A stretch of 64,000 nt of DNA from Tetramitus jugosus (lineage: Eukaryota > Protista > Heterolobosea), in the NCBI GenBank assembly GCA_937625935.1, contig OW569350.1, forward strand, positions 496,001-560,000, given 5' to 3'. Of the stretch, positions 1-12,484 are shown in pieces (position 1 is the first letter of the stretch; every line of letters begins with the position of its first letter). Under the pieces are notes generated by a model, which worked only from the letters and a program-made list of their open reading frames with translations, had not been told where the DNA came from and ran no database searches. The translations under genes were made by a program, and so were the position numbers.

Positions 1-135
1 TTCAACCGGCTGTTTGAACTCGCACTTCAATTTCACACATGGCGGGCAAAAAATTCCAAGGTGCGCACAAAATCTTCATACTCTCTGAGCGCAAACCAAC
101 TCTCGCAAACGACACACATTACACACATACACAAT

Positions 136-3100
136 ATGTCATCATCCACATTTGAGGTATCGAATGACGATGAGAAATTGACTTATCACAAGTCTAATCT
201 CAAGTCTCACTCTAGAAAGTTCATTCGTTTCGATGAAGAATGTGACGTAGATGCTGGTGTCACCACGACGGCTACTACCACTGATGAGATCTCTTCATCC
301 ACTACCACCACGACTCCACTCTCATTCATCAATAGTCTTTCATCATCCAACAACAATGACAACACTGAAAAACAACAACAACAACAACAATTGATTCAAT
401 ATATTCAAGAGAGCATCATTGGTGACAATGAAATTTTCAAGTCTCCATTCGGTTACAGAAAAGTCACCTATTGTGACTATGTTGCCTCTGGTAGATCTCT
501 CTCATTTATTGAAGAATACATTCAGAGTCAAGTGCTTACACTGTATGCCAACACTCATACCACAACATCCATCACTGGTCATCAATCTACACTGTTTCGA
601 TATGAGAGTAGACAATTGTTGATGAATGCAATGAATGCAAGCAAGAAGGACGTGTTGATTTTCACTGGTAGTGGTGCCACATCAGCCAGCAACAAACTGG
701 TTCACTTGTTGGGATTGTTCAAGAATCAAAATATCAACAACAGTAATAGTAATAACAATAACAATAACAATAACAGTAATAACAAGAATGACAGTAATGA
801 CAGTAATGACAATGATACAGATACACCTGTTGTGTTTGTAGGTCCATTTGAACATCACTCCAATCTACTGCCCTGGAGAGAGTCCAATGCCAAGATTGTC
901 ACCATTCGTGAATCACCAGACAACAATGGACTCATTGACTTGTCTCACTTGAGATCCGAACTCGTCAAACACTCTGCCAACAGCAACAAGAGATTGATGA
1001 TTGGTGCATTCAGTGCTGCATCCAACATTACTGGTGTGTTGCAAGACACGGATACCATTACTGCTCTGTTGCACGTGTATGGTGCATATGCCGTGTGGGA
1101 CTATGCATGTGCTGCACCCTATGTCAAGATTGATATGAATGTCAATAAGCAAATCTATGGTGTGAGTACTCACAAGGATGCCATCTTTTTCTCACCTCAC
1201 AAGTTTGTGGGTGGTCCTGGTACACCTGGTGTCCTACTGGTCAAGAAGCACATGTTTCTCAATGTCAATCATCCGACTCAACCAGGTGGTGACACTGTGT
1301 TCTTTGTCACAGAGCAGGATCATCGATATTTGAAGAAGCCTCACGAGAGAGAAGAAGGTGGTACGCCTGATGTGGTAGGTGCTGTCAGAGCAGGTCTCTG
1401 TTTCCAACTCAAGAGTGCAGTCGGTGAAGAAACGATTGAATCATTGGAGAACGAGTTGTACAAGCGTGCATTTGATTCGTTTTCTCAGAATCAGAATATC
1501 ATCTTGTTGGGTCATGATCATGATGCTGCTGCTGCTGCTGCTGTTTCTCAAGCGACTGATGCTTCTCTCAAGCGATTGCCCATCTTTAGTTTCTTGGTCA
1601 AGCTGAGCGATCATTACTTGTTGCACTACAATTTTGTCAGTACGTTGCTCAATGACTTGTTTGGTGTGCAGTCCAGAGGTGGTTGTGCATGTGCTGGTCC
1701 CTACTCTCTCAAACTGCTCGGTATTCCCTATGACATGGCAAAAAAGATTGAAGATGCACTGTTGAAGGATGATGATCACGAGTTTTTGAGACCTGGGTTC
1801 ACCCGTATCAACTTTAACTACTTTTTCAACAAGGAAACAACAGACTATGTGATTGAAGCTGTCAACTGGGTTGCCACTCATGGATACAAGTTGATGCCAT
1901 ACTATACATTCTATCCTGATACTGGTGAATGGAAGCACAACTTGAACAGAAAGACTGCAAACAATAGAAGATGGATCCACAATGTTGATTACTCGAACGG
2001 TAGTATGCAATACAGAATTCAAGTCAATCAAAGAATTCCAATTGCAAAGTACAAGAAGGAGTATGAAAAGTACATGAAGGATGCCAATGACATTTTGGAT
2101 GCTGCACTGGACGAGTTTGAAGCCAATTCAAAGTTCAGACACCACGAAAGCAAGAGCTCTAGAGAAGACACACCATACAGAGGAGGTGGTTATCAAGTGC
2201 CTGATCAAAAGGGACTGTTGAGCAATCATTATGAAGTGGATCAATTGAGATGGTTCGTCTATCCTAGTGAAGTGATTCACTATTTGAGAGAGGGACACGT
2301 GCTCAAGAATGATCAAATATTTGATAAGCCATGTCCATGGTTGGTTGTCCAATCATCCTCGCATGCTATTGCTTCCACATCATCCAGTCACACCAACAAG
2401 CAACAATTGTCCAATATTGAAACATTGCAAGTTGCAGAGGAACAAATCTCCTCTTCAACTGACATTTACAAGCAAGAAGCATCAAGCACTGCTCAATCAT
2501 CAGATGAGACAACAACTCTGATGAATGGTGATGACGAAGGAGATGCTCTGTTGGGTATTGGTGCTGCTCTCCATGACTCTGAAGACGAAGACGAAGAGCA
2601 AAAGGAGGCAAGAAGACGTGCTAGCATGTGGCCAAAGATTCCAATCAAGAAAATTATGGCACCAGTCAAGAGAGCAGTCATGGAGTTTGGTATGATCAAG
2701 GACGGTGATCGATTGTTGCTTGGTCTCTCTGGTGGCAAGGACTCATTGACACTGTTGCACGTGCTTCACTCTCTGCAAACCAGTAGCAGACTTCCATTCA
2801 ACTTCGAGTTTGGTGCCTGTACAGTTGATCCACAGACTGATGCCTACGATCCAACTCCTCTCATCAACTATTGTAAGCAATTGGGTGTTCCATACTATTT
2901 TGAGAGTCAAAACATTATTGAAACAGCAATGACATGCCAAGCTTCCAGTATCTGCTCATGGTGCAGTCGTATGAAGAGAGGTATCCTGTACAATGTCGCT
3001 AGAAGACATGGATACAATGTGCTCGTACTAGGACAGCACTTGGATGATTGTGCAGAGAGTTTCATCATGTCCATCCTTCACAATGGATATTTGAGAACCA

Positions 3101-3717
3101 TGAAGGCTCACTACACGATTGATGAAGGTGATTTGCGTGTCATTAGACCATTGACCTATGTCAGAGAGAAGGAACTCAAAATGTTTGCACGTGAGCATCT
3201 CTTGCCAGTGATCAATGAGAATTGTCCTGCATGCTTTGAGATGCCAAAGGAGAGAGCACGTGTCAAGACACTTCTCAGCAACCAGGAGCATCTGTTCCCT
3301 GATCTTTATCACAGCTTGGAAACAGCCATGAGACCTCTGATGGACAACACATTGGACAAGATTGTGGGAGCTGATCACAAAAAGTACAAGAGTAATACGA
3401 AGAACAAGTGGCCCGTCCAAAACACTTCCAACGGTGGTGATGGTAACAACACCAATGACGGCACACCAGGTCCGAGTGTCACCAGCAACAACGTTAGAGG
3501 TAGAAAATCAGTTTCAAAGAAGAGAACCAGATGGGCAAACATTTCCTCTGTATCATCAGATCAACAAGCACAACAACAGCAAGAAAACGCTGGCAACACT
3601 GCAACAACAACAACAGATGCCAACGCGAATGACTTGTTGGCCAACATTGACACGGGTGCTCTGGAGAGAGAATTGGAGAGAAGAAGAGCATTGCAACAAC
3701 AAACTCAACAACAGTAA
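136..3717 (+). CDS. Class V aminotransferase (cysteine desulfurase-like) fused to a C-terminal TtcA-like tRNA 2-thiocytidine synthetase domain
   Basis: The N half has YCDYVASGR, EHHSN, the PLP lysine motif SPHKFVGGPG, EEGGTP and the catalytic-Cys motif RGGCACAGPY. The C part has the PP-loop LSGGKDS, CSWCSRMKRG (CxxC), GQHLDD, IRPL and NCPAC. The first in-frame ATG is at 136; the ORF track opens at GTG 61. Confidence 0.88.
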   Translation: MSSSTFEVSNDDEKLTYHKSNLKSHSRKFIRFDEECDVDAGVTTTATTTDEISSSTTTTTPLSFINSLSSSNNNDNTEKQQQQQQLIQYIQESIIGDNEIFKSPFGYRKVTYCDYVASGRSLSFIEEYIQSQVLTLYANTHTTTSITGHQSTLFRYESRQLLMNAMNASKKDVLIFTGSGATSASNKLVHLLGLFKNQNINNSNSNNNNNNNNSNNKNDSNDSNDNDTDTPVVFVGPFEHHSNLLPWRESNAKIVTIRESPDNNGLIDLSHLRSELVKHSANSNKRLMIGAFSAASNITGVLQDTDTITALLHVYGAYAVWDYACAAPYVKIDMNVNKQIYGVSTHKDAIFFSPHKFVGGPGTPGVLLVKKHMFLNVNHPTQPGGDTVFFVTEQDHRYLKKPHEREEGGTPDVVGAVRAGLCFQLKSAVGEETIESLENELYKRAFDSFSQNQNIILLGHDHDAAAAAAVSQATDASLKRLPIFSFLVKLSDHYLLHYNFVSTLLNDLFGVQSRGGCACAGPYSLKLLGIPYDMAKKIEDALLKDDDHEFLRPGFTRINFNYFFNKETTDYVIEAVNWVATHGYKLMPYYTFYPDTGEWKHNLNRKTANNRRWIHNVDYSNGSMQYRIQVNQRIPIAKYKKEYEKYMKDANDILDAALDEFEANSKFRHHESKSSREDTPYRGGGYQVPDQKGLLSNHYEVDQLRWFVYPSEVIHYLREGHVLKNDQIFDKPCPWLVVQSSSHAIASTSSSHTNKQQLSNIETLQVAEEQISSSTDIYKQEASSTAQSSDETTTLMNGDDEGDALLGIGAALHDSEDEDEEQKEARRRASMWPKIPIKKIMAPVKRAVMEFGMIKDGDRLLLGLSGGKDSLTLLHVLHSLQTSSRLPFNFEFGACTVDPQTDAYDPTPLINYCKQLGVPYYFESQNIIETAMTCQASSICSWCSRMKRGILYNVARRHGYNVLVLGQHLDDCAESFIMSILHNGYLRTMKAHYTIDEGDLRVIRPLTYVREKELKMFAREHLLPVINENCPACFEMPKERARVKTLLSNQEHLFPDLYHSLETAMRPLMDNTLDKIVGADHKKYKSNTKNKWPVQNTSNGGDGNNTNDGTPGPSVTSNNVRGRKSVSKKRTRWANISSVSSDQQAQQQQENAGNTATTTTDANANDLLANIDTGALERELERRRALQQQTQQQ
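735..815 (+). repeat. (AAC/AAT)n coding microsatellite (poly-Asn tract)
   Basis: Imperfect AAY trinucleotide array inside the desulfurase gene; representative of many such tracts in the window. Confidence 0.8.
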
Positions 3718-3936
3718 ACTGATACATTCTGAATGTACAGACTTGACTTGCTGAGCGATCCCCCTTGTATATCGAGTATTCCATAATGAGACATCCCGTG
3801 AACCACAATCCGTCGGCTTCCATTTCACACTTGTTTTTCCGCCACTCTCCAATCAAAATCTCTCTCGTGTTGCTCAAAACAAACAAACAGAACAACAACA
3901 ACAAAAACAACAATACAACAACAACAACAATCAACC

Positions 3937-5094
3937 ATGTCAACCACTTCTGCCACTGTCACTCATGTTGTCAATCTCAACTATGAAGACCTCATCAATC
4001 AATCAGCCGTTGATTTGAGTGAGTCCATTGAGAAGGCATTTGGTCCAGATGGTCTCGGTATTCTCACCGTTTCAAACGTTCCTCAATTCTCTGAACTGAG
4101 AGCTGCATTGTTGCCATTGGCCCATCAATTTGCCACTCTACCCAAAGATGTTCAATCATTGTATGAACACTCTGAGAGCAATTATTCATTTGGATGGTCA
4201 CACGGAAAGGAAATGTTCAATGGGAAACGTGATGTTGCAAAGGGTAGTTTCTATGCCAATCCACAGTATGATGTTCCAACGACTGATGCCTCTCTCATTC
4301 AACAATATCCATTCTATTGTTGTGAGAATATTTGGCCAGAGGAGCACGTGCCTCAATTGTCTACTGCATTCAAGCAGTTGGGTCAATTGATTGTCTCTGT
4401 TGGATTGTTGGTTGCCAAGCAGTGTGATCTCTATGTGGAAAAGTTGTACAATCATGACAATCATGACAATCATGTTGATGACAATAGTAACAGCAGTCGT
4501 CAAGAGAGATATGAACGTGGCAAGTTGCACAAGACCATTTCTCAGAGCAAGTGTGCCAAGGGTAGACTACTCTACTATTTCCCTATTGAAAAGGATGCCA
4601 CTGATGATGATAACAACCATAACAACAATAACAATAACAACAACAATAACAATAGTAGTGAAGACAATTGGTGTGGATGGCACTTGGATCACGGTAGTCT
4701 CACTGGTCTCACCAGTGCTCAATTCATGGACGGAACATCTGGTCAACCCATTCAAATGACCGATCCAAACGCTGGTCTCTTTATCAGAAATCGTCACGGT
4801 GATTTGGTGAAGGCAGTGTGGTCACCTGATCAAATTGCATTCCAAATCGGAGAGTCTGCTCAGATTCACTCTGGTGGAAAGTTGGTCGCAACGCCTCACT
4901 GTGTGCGCGGTACGACTCAACCCAATGTCGGCAGAGCCACATTGGCAGTGTTTATGCAACCTCAGTGGGATGTGACCATGGACACACCAGTTGATGTACC
5001 AATCAAGGATGCCGGTATTGCTGCATTGGAGAGTGGAATGGACTTTAATGCATTCACTCAGAAAAAGTTGCAAGAGTACTATGGTGGCATGTAA
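3937..5094 (+). CDS. 2-oxoglutarate/Fe(II)-dependent dioxygenase (isopenicillin-N-synthase-like fold)
   Basis: Has the HxD...H iron triad (WCGWHLDHGSLT ... ATPHCVRG), RATLAVFMQP, and a DIOX_N-like start (AFGPDGLGILTV, SNYSFGWSHGKE). Confidence 0.88.
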   Translation: MSTTSATVTHVVNLNYEDLINQSAVDLSESIEKAFGPDGLGILTVSNVPQFSELRAALLPLAHQFATLPKDVQSLYEHSESNYSFGWSHGKEMFNGKRDVAKGSFYANPQYDVPTTDASLIQQYPFYCCENIWPEEHVPQLSTAFKQLGQLIVSVGLLVAKQCDLYVEKLYNHDNHDNHVDDNSNSSRQERYERGKLHKTISQSKCAKGRLLYYFPIEKDATDDDNNHNNNNNNNNNNNSSEDNWCGWHLDHGSLTGLTSAQFMDGTSGQPIQMTDPNAGLFIRNRHGDLVKAVWSPDQIAFQIGESAQIHSGGKLVATPHCVRGTTQPNVGRATLAVFMQPQWDVTMDTPVDVPIKDAGIAALESGMDFNAFTQKKLQEYYGGM

Positions 5095-5510
5095 TTTATG
5101 TTCACTACAACAACAACAACAACAACCAAGATTGCTGCAACAATAAACAATGTGTTATAGGTTGTCGACGATTCGTTCTGCCTCGGGACATCTGTTCGGA
5201 GGATCCTCTCCCGATGCATCGATGATCTTTGTATCTTTATGTGAGCTCTTGAAGGAATATTGTAAGCAAACTTTCGTTCGATGCTATTCTTAATGTTTGA
5301 CTCCTGTGCCATGACGCCGATCGCGCAAAATTCAAAAGCAAGCAATTCAAACAAATCAAAAATTCAAACACAAAAGAAGCGAAACGAGAGTGTGAAGAAG
5401 ATCAATCGATTGATACAACTTGTGCATCCATACACCCACACACAATAGTATACATCATATTGTTATTGATCCATCAATCTTGCAGCAACCACTCTATACA
5501 AAAAAACAAC

Positions 5511-5556
5511 ATGGAAGACATGTCAAGTGCATCTCATCAGCACCACCATCACTTTC

Positions 5557-5588
<32 letters not shown>

Positions 5589-8500
5589 AATAATGAAAAC
5601 AACAGTAGAATACCACTGATCAACAATCCTCAACTATTCTCTCTGTTTGAACAAGTGATTCAAAAGGGTGCGAATCCCAGTTCCTTTCAAATCATTATGG
5701 ACTTGGATCAATTTCAAGATCCCAATCACCAGATTCTATGTCAGTTTGTTCAATACTTGTTCAGCACACGTATCATTCCTCACTTGCAACCACCTACCAT
5801 ATCCAACAACAACACTTCTTCTTCTTCTAATAATGAACCACCAAAAAAGAAGAGTAGAGAAGAAGAAAACACTAGTGGTAGTGGTAGCAGTAACAGTACT
5901 CATCACCTTCATAACCGACTCCGATCTCTCTATCAACAATTGTTGCGACTTCAAGACACTCAACAAGAACAAGAGCAACAGCAACGAACAGTCAACGATA
6001 ATCAAACACGTCTCATTCAACAATTGTTGAGCATTCAGAGACAAATTGAAGAGAGAAGAGAGAATAATGAATGGGGAGACGATGATGATGATGACGTTGA
6101 TGATGATGATGAAGAAGCAGAGGAATATGATGAAGAAGAGTTTGATGATGAAGAACATGATGAGTTTGATGGTGATGAAGAAGAATTGGATGAATCATCA
6201 TCATCATCATCATCCATCCATCACGCTCATCACTCTCATCAACCAAAGAAACACGTGGATACACTATTGTCTGCCACTGCTGTCAATCAATGGTTCCCTC
6301 TCATTATCTCCAAGGGTCAAATGGATCAATATGCACTGTACAGTCAACTGTTGAGAGAGAGTAGAGGTGTGTGTGGTGCCACATGGAAACCAGGTCAAAT
6401 CGCATTCAAGTGTCGAACATGTGAAAAGGATCCCACGTGCGCCATTTGTCAATCCTGTTTTTTGAATGGTGATCACGAAGGTCACAACTATAGTCTGATC
6501 AAAACATCGAGTGGCATGTGCGATTGTGGTGATCCGGATTCGTGGGATGTTCATGGCTTTTGCAGGAATCACAAGGGACCGGAGCAGGACCCAACAGAGC
6601 ACTTGCCTCGAGACTATCATCACATTGTTCAATCCTTGTTCACTGGTGTTGTTCGATCATTGTATCACTGGACTGTCTTGTTGCCCAAAATGTGGCCCAT
6701 GAACAGCAAGAGCTACAAGAAGGCCTATCAACAAGCACTGATTCTCCAGTTTCAAACCATTGCCGAGTGCAGTAAGCAATCACCTGCTGTCAAGCGTTAC
6801 TTGTTGTATGCACTGATGGAGAAGGACATTGACAATCGAACACTGTTGGATCTCATTCTCGAACGATACAGTCAGTTGCCACTCTCGGTTGGTCACCACT
6901 TTTATCAACTGTTCTCTGCGTGTATAGCCGACATTGAATTCAAAAAATTCTTTGCCATCGAGTTCACAAAGCATTACAAGAGCACAGTCATGAACTATTA
7001 CTTGGTGAAGAATAGGAGTGACAAATCGCATTTGGCATCCATTACGGTTCAACTGTTCACTGTGCCTCCGATTGCTGATATGCTCGTCAGGGATCACGGA
7101 CTGTTGGACATTCTCATGGACTGCTTGTCCACGATTTGCGACATGCTGCTCATCAAGGACCCTTATCGAGACAGGAAGATGATCAATGTCAATCACCGCA
7201 AATTCCAAAAGCAAGCCACGTGGCACTTTTTCTATGATTTGGGCTATGTGCTCATGCACAATTCCATCTCTAATCAACTGTTGTTCACTCCCAAGAATCT
7301 CTCTGTGCTGCTAAAGTTCCTCTCCTGTTATGAGTATTGTGTCGAAGTGAGAAGAATTGATTCGGATGATGACTCGTGGCAAAACTCGGTCAACTTTGAG
7401 TACAGAATGATGCCCAAGCTGTTCCGATACATTACCAACGGACTCAACAGTCTCAAGAATGAACTGTCAGATGCACAGATGCAATCACAGATATCGGGCA
7501 CCATTACACTGGTCATGAGCTTCTTGAAAGAGTTCTTCCTGGTTGACTCTGTTCAATTCAAGTCCAGTAGCAACCCTCGAGTCAAGCAGCCAATTGTTGA
7601 TTTTAAGACGGTGGACGGTCCAATATCCTTCCACATTCCACTTCACAAGATTTTGTCATGCATCTTGGTGCCCATTGTTCAGAATTGGAACTTTGATCTG
7701 TTGTCTCTGTTCTCACTCAATCAATTGAGTGATCCTGTAGCACTGCAGCTCATGGATCACCCGCTCCGTACCTGTGCAACCATTGCTATGGTGCGAAACA
7801 GACTGTGGCCACGTAACAATATGCACATTGCAGAACAAACTTATTATTACGATAGGGCAGGATGGGCAGACTATGCTCTGTGCCAGGACCTGTTTTTGGA
7901 GCAAGTGTGTGCCTGCTTGGTCGACACGGAGACATTCTTTACGACAACACTGGATCGATACATGCACAAGCAAATGTTTTTGTTGCGCGTACCAAACGAC
8001 ATGGAGAAGGACGTTGAACAGTTGATGAATGTCATGGAATTGGACTATATGCACTTTGTGTTGACTATGTGGTCCGATCGAAGCATGAGTGGACTGTCTC
8101 AGGAGGAAGCATGCCGCAAGTTTATTCTTCACACCCTGTTCAAATCTCAAGTCGCATTCTCAACGTTGCAAGAGAGTGTTCCAAAGCACTTTAGAGTGGG
8201 AATCGATCTGGAGAGTATTGTGAATGATGTTGCTGACTATCATTCACCTCAGCAGGCTCATGACCAGGGCTACTTTACTGTCAAGAAGCAGTTCTGGAGC
8301 GAGTTGGATCCTTATTTCATCAGTTACTCACCGCGCCAGTTGAGCAAAATTGAAGAAAACTATCGAAAGTTGTTCCACAAGGACTTGATCAACAGTCTGC
8401 CTGCACCGGTGAAGCCATTCCCTAGTATGGCCAGGCTCGCAGGTCTCGTTCACTCATCTGCCTTCCACAGACTACTCTTTACGACTCTGTATCGAACTGT

Positions 8501-11345
8501 CACCAATGAAAACACTGCAGAAAGCTTAACCATTGCTGCTCTCCACAGTATCATTCTAATCATGGAAACGATAGACTATGATCTGTTGGACACGAGTCAT
8601 CAGGAAGCACTATTGACTGAGACACCAATTGTTGCTGATCTCTATGATATTGTGTTCCCTAGTGATACCAATCTGTTGACCAACATATTGCAACAGTTCC
8701 ATATCGTTTCTGATGAAACACCGAGAAGCATGCTGTCCTTGCTGTTGAACATGTCGGACAGAAAGGGTGCTAGCAAAGAAATTGAACGATTGGTGAACCG
8801 TGCACTCAAAACGCTGTGCAACTATGATGAGAGATGCAAGTCTGTGATCGATCAACACAATTCTACTGTCGGTCGAGACACATCAGACAAGGAACGTGAG
8901 AAGAAGAAGAAGAGGGCTCAAGCAAGACAAAAGAAGATTATGCAAGCATTCGAGAAGAAGCATAGCACGATCGATGAGAGCATATTTGGTGGTTCAACCT
9001 CACCAAGTGATGACGATGTACAACAGAGTGAGAGTGATAAGAAGTGTGCATTCTGTCATGAGACGATCTCTCCCTCCGGTTTCCGTCACTTTGCCATGAT
9101 CAGTCACATTTGTCTCTCCAATACAGTCTCCCTCGTAGAAGCTCAGAATTTGCATGATGAAGCTGTAGCAGCAGCACAGCAGACATCATCGTCCAGCACA
9201 GATGCACCATTGACACCATCAAGACACAACGTGTCCTCTGCCGACTATCAACAACTAAAGTTGGATGATGATACGCAGTGGTGGCATCAAGACAGTCCTT
9301 ACATTGGAAAGTACAATGAATTGTTCAGTGATATCAAGAAGAGCGCAGGTGTCAAGATGAATTGCTGTTCTCACGTTTGTCACTTTGACTGCTTTGATAG
9401 CTACTTCAAATCGCTCATCTCCTCCAATCGTCAATACAAGGGAGATCGCATTGTTCACTTGGGTAAGAAGGAATTCCTGTGTCCTGTGTGTGGCAGATTG
9501 GCCAATGAACTCTGTCCAATCACCAACCACTCTTCATCTACAACGACGAGTAGCTCGAGTGACAAGAGTAATCATCAGCACACCGTGATGAATGTTGCAG
9601 CACTGTATCAAGAACAAGAACCCAACTTGGGTTTCAACTGGAACAAGACTTCACAGTCGATTGCTGATACCATCCAATCGCATCAACTATTGAATACACC
9701 TGGCTATGATCTGGATGCGAATACCACGAGTAACGAATCGTCCTCTGACTTCTCACTCAAGACAACTCTCAAGAACTTCTTTTCCCATGTGTCCTCGCTC
9801 AAGTTTGGCATCCATCACACACAGATCGATACTCATAGCAGACACATGGACCCATCAATCCTCTCCAACTCGATTGCCTACACAATTGCCGCGCAAGAAA
9901 TATCACAGAGAACAATTGATCCAATGGACCCCAAACTTCTCACTTCGCTCAAATTGAACGAACAAGAACAAATATTGACTCTGTTGGAAGCCACAAGAGC
10001 ATATCACTTGATGAATGATGACACGAGAAAAGCATCTGAAGAGTTGCTTCAAGCAGTGTACAGTTGTCTGTTTGTTGAAGGATCCATTCCGTTGGTGAGT
10101 CACGAGGCCGAACAGCCATCGGACCCAGACTCTGACAATACGGCATCGGTCTCCATTGTACGAAACATTAGAAACATTATTGCTTCCATGAGCTCATCTC
10201 AGAGAACTCAGCAGAAACCAGAGGAGTCCATGATTCCACCGCTCATGTCATGCGACTTATTCACTCTCTTTGTCAAATTGATCATTTTGAAGCCTGATTT
10301 GATACAATGGTCTCAATTCAACGAATTGGTGCAACTGTTCTACTTGGCTCATATCGTTCAATCACTCATTGTGATTGGTTATCGATACAAATCGTTATCA
10401 CAATCATCAAATGGCAGCAATAGTGATGATACAAGTGTTGCATCTGCCATGCAACTCATACTGAAGAATTTGTCTAGCAGTCGACACTTGACACAACCAG
10501 ACCTGAAGCAAATCTCTCTACCAGACATGCGTCACATTGGTGTTCAATCACTCAAATCAGCATGCCTGCCATTTATGAGAAGAATGGGTCTTCTCATGTC
10601 CATTCTGTTCAAGGTTCCTGTGCCAACCGTGGATTCCGATTATGATATTGACTTGCTGAATGAACAGGAGAAGATTGTTTATGAATTTGACAAAATGCGA
10701 AAGTACATGTGCTTGCCAGACACACTCACCATTCTGGATCAATTGTCTCATGTGGACAGTGAATGCTCGATGGCTGCCACCAAATGGCTCACACAACTCT
10801 CTCAATCCATACAGCAAAGTACTGTGCAACAAGATGCAAAGCTACTCAATCTCCTTGTGCCTTCCTATACGACTCGCCCTCGTCAATTCCATTTCGTCGA
10901 ACTGCCAAAGCTCTATCAGACATTGTTCCTCAAGTATCACAATGCCACATGTCCCGATTGTGACCGAAAACTACAGAGACCAGCACTGTGTCTCATTACG
11001 GGCAAATTGATCTGGTGCAGAAATTGCGAGTGTGCATACAACAGAGTTGACCATCACTTGGGCAAATGCACGTCCTGGGCACGGGAACACTTTTGTGGCG
11101 TTGGATTCAATCTGCTCATCAAGTCATCCACAGTCCTCTTGTTGCGAGAGTCCAGGAAATCAGTGTTGCCACCCTTCTATCTGGATCAACATGGTGAAGC
11201 AGATAAGGACTTAGTGAGAGGATGTGCCTTGCATCTGGATCAGGCCCGAATGAACAGCTACATCAAACACTTTGTTCTGAGCGACTGGGATCAAGACACC
11301 ATCCTGTTAGAGAATACTGATGGTATCAGAGCAAATGAGTTGTAA
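5511..11345 (+). CDS. UBR-box/RING N-recognin E3 ubiquitin ligase (UBR1/2/3 family)
   Basis: UBR box CGATW...FKCRTCEKDPTCAICQSCF..GDHEGH...GMCDCGD; split RING CAFCHE...CCSHVCHFDCF...FLCPVCGRLAN; C-terminal PALCLITG...YLDQHGEADKDLVRG. ATG at 5511 follows an A/C-rich leader. Confidence 0.93.
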
Positions 11346-11432
11346 ATAAAGGATGCTTTCAAACATAAACAGAGTTCCTCATCAATTAACAAACAAAAAC
11401 GACTAGTATGCAATAAAATGAATTTAATTGAT

Positions 11433-11887
11433 TTAAGCGACCTTCTTCTTCTGGCCAATATCGAAGTGCTTGCATCTCTTCAAAGCATGTTGATGGACTT
11501 GCTTGCAGTCGTTACATTGGAGCTTGAGCACAATCTTCTTTGTGGTCTTAGCCTTCTTGTGGAAAACAGGCTTGGTTTGACCACCATAACCTTGTTGCTT
11601 TCTGTCGTAACGTCTCTTACCCTGAGCTTGGAGGGAAGCCTTACCAACCTTGTATTGAGTGACCTTGTGCTTCTTGTGGGACTTGCAGTCTCTGTGGGCA
11701 CAGTATGTGTTGATTTGCTTTGGGAAGTTGACCTATCATTTGTGAAAAATCATAATTATGTCAATAAATTTGTTGTTGGTGGGTTGAAAGCATCAAATGG
11801 GAGTTTTTATTGTGCCAAGTCTACAACAATTGTTGTTTTAGCATAATATTTTTCTTCCCGACGCACATATCATTATTAACATACCAT
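11433..11887 (-). CDS. RPL44: 60S ribosomal protein eL42 (L44/L36a); exon 1 is the ATG only (11885-11887), intron 11733-11884, exon 2 11433-11732
   Basis: Spliced translation [100 protein letters not shown]. Splice sites ATG|GTATGT...TAG|GTC. Not in the ORF track. Confidence 0.96.
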
Positions 11888-12484
11888 CTTCTGCTATTCG
11901 ATTATGACTTTGATTTTGTTTGTTTCTTTTTGAGAAATTTCGTGAAAAATTGAAGTTGACCAACATTGATTGAGGAATTCGTTGAACTTCAATCTCGGTG
12001 AAAATTTGCCGCACTTATTTTTCGTCACACGAAGAACCACAAGCCACAAGCTTCCATGATGGAACAAAGAGGATCCTTAGATATCCGTCCATTGAAGTCT
12101 TTTGTGGTGGTTTCTACCATTGTTGGCATTCGTTTTGTTTTTCCGTCTTAAGGACTTGCTCCGACTCGAAAATCGTATTCACCGTTTAGAACCTGGAGTT
12201 GTTCCAACCAATAGGTCTTCATTCCTATTTTTACTTTACATCCTGTGACTTTAGGTAATCCTTTGTAAACGGACACGCGTTCTATCTGGTCAGAGGTGAT
12301 TGGCTCTAAAATTGAAGAATTTTCTTTCCCTATGGCGAGCACTCCTTGGCTCAAGTTCCATGTCTAGCAAAGTTCTGGTTTTATCTCATTCAGAGGGACA
12401 ATGAAAGATGAGAACATTGCATGGAATCTAAGCTTGAAAAAACAAGCGAAAAAACAAAAAACAACAGAGCAACACATAATTACG

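Noticed and set aside
5079-5312. Small minus-strand membrane-protein ORF
   Set aside because: The hydrophobic stretch is just the antisense of a (CAA)n tract in the neighbour's 3' UTR, and it overlaps that gene's stop.
11560-11590. Cycloheximide-resistance allele of eL42
   Set aside because: The GQTKPVF motif keeps the Pro of the sensitive form, so it is ordinary.
11418-11846. 142-aa plus-strand ORF
   Set aside because: Antisense shadow of the eL42 gene.
11733-11884. Intronic snoRNA in the eL42 intron
   Set aside because: No convincing C/D box pair or H/ACA hairpins seen.
12050-12420. Coding-like DNA between eL42 and IRE1 (minus frame broken by TAG and TAA; possible small plus-strand spliced ORF)
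   Set aside because: No recognisable homology and only weak splice donors, so no gene model can be supported.
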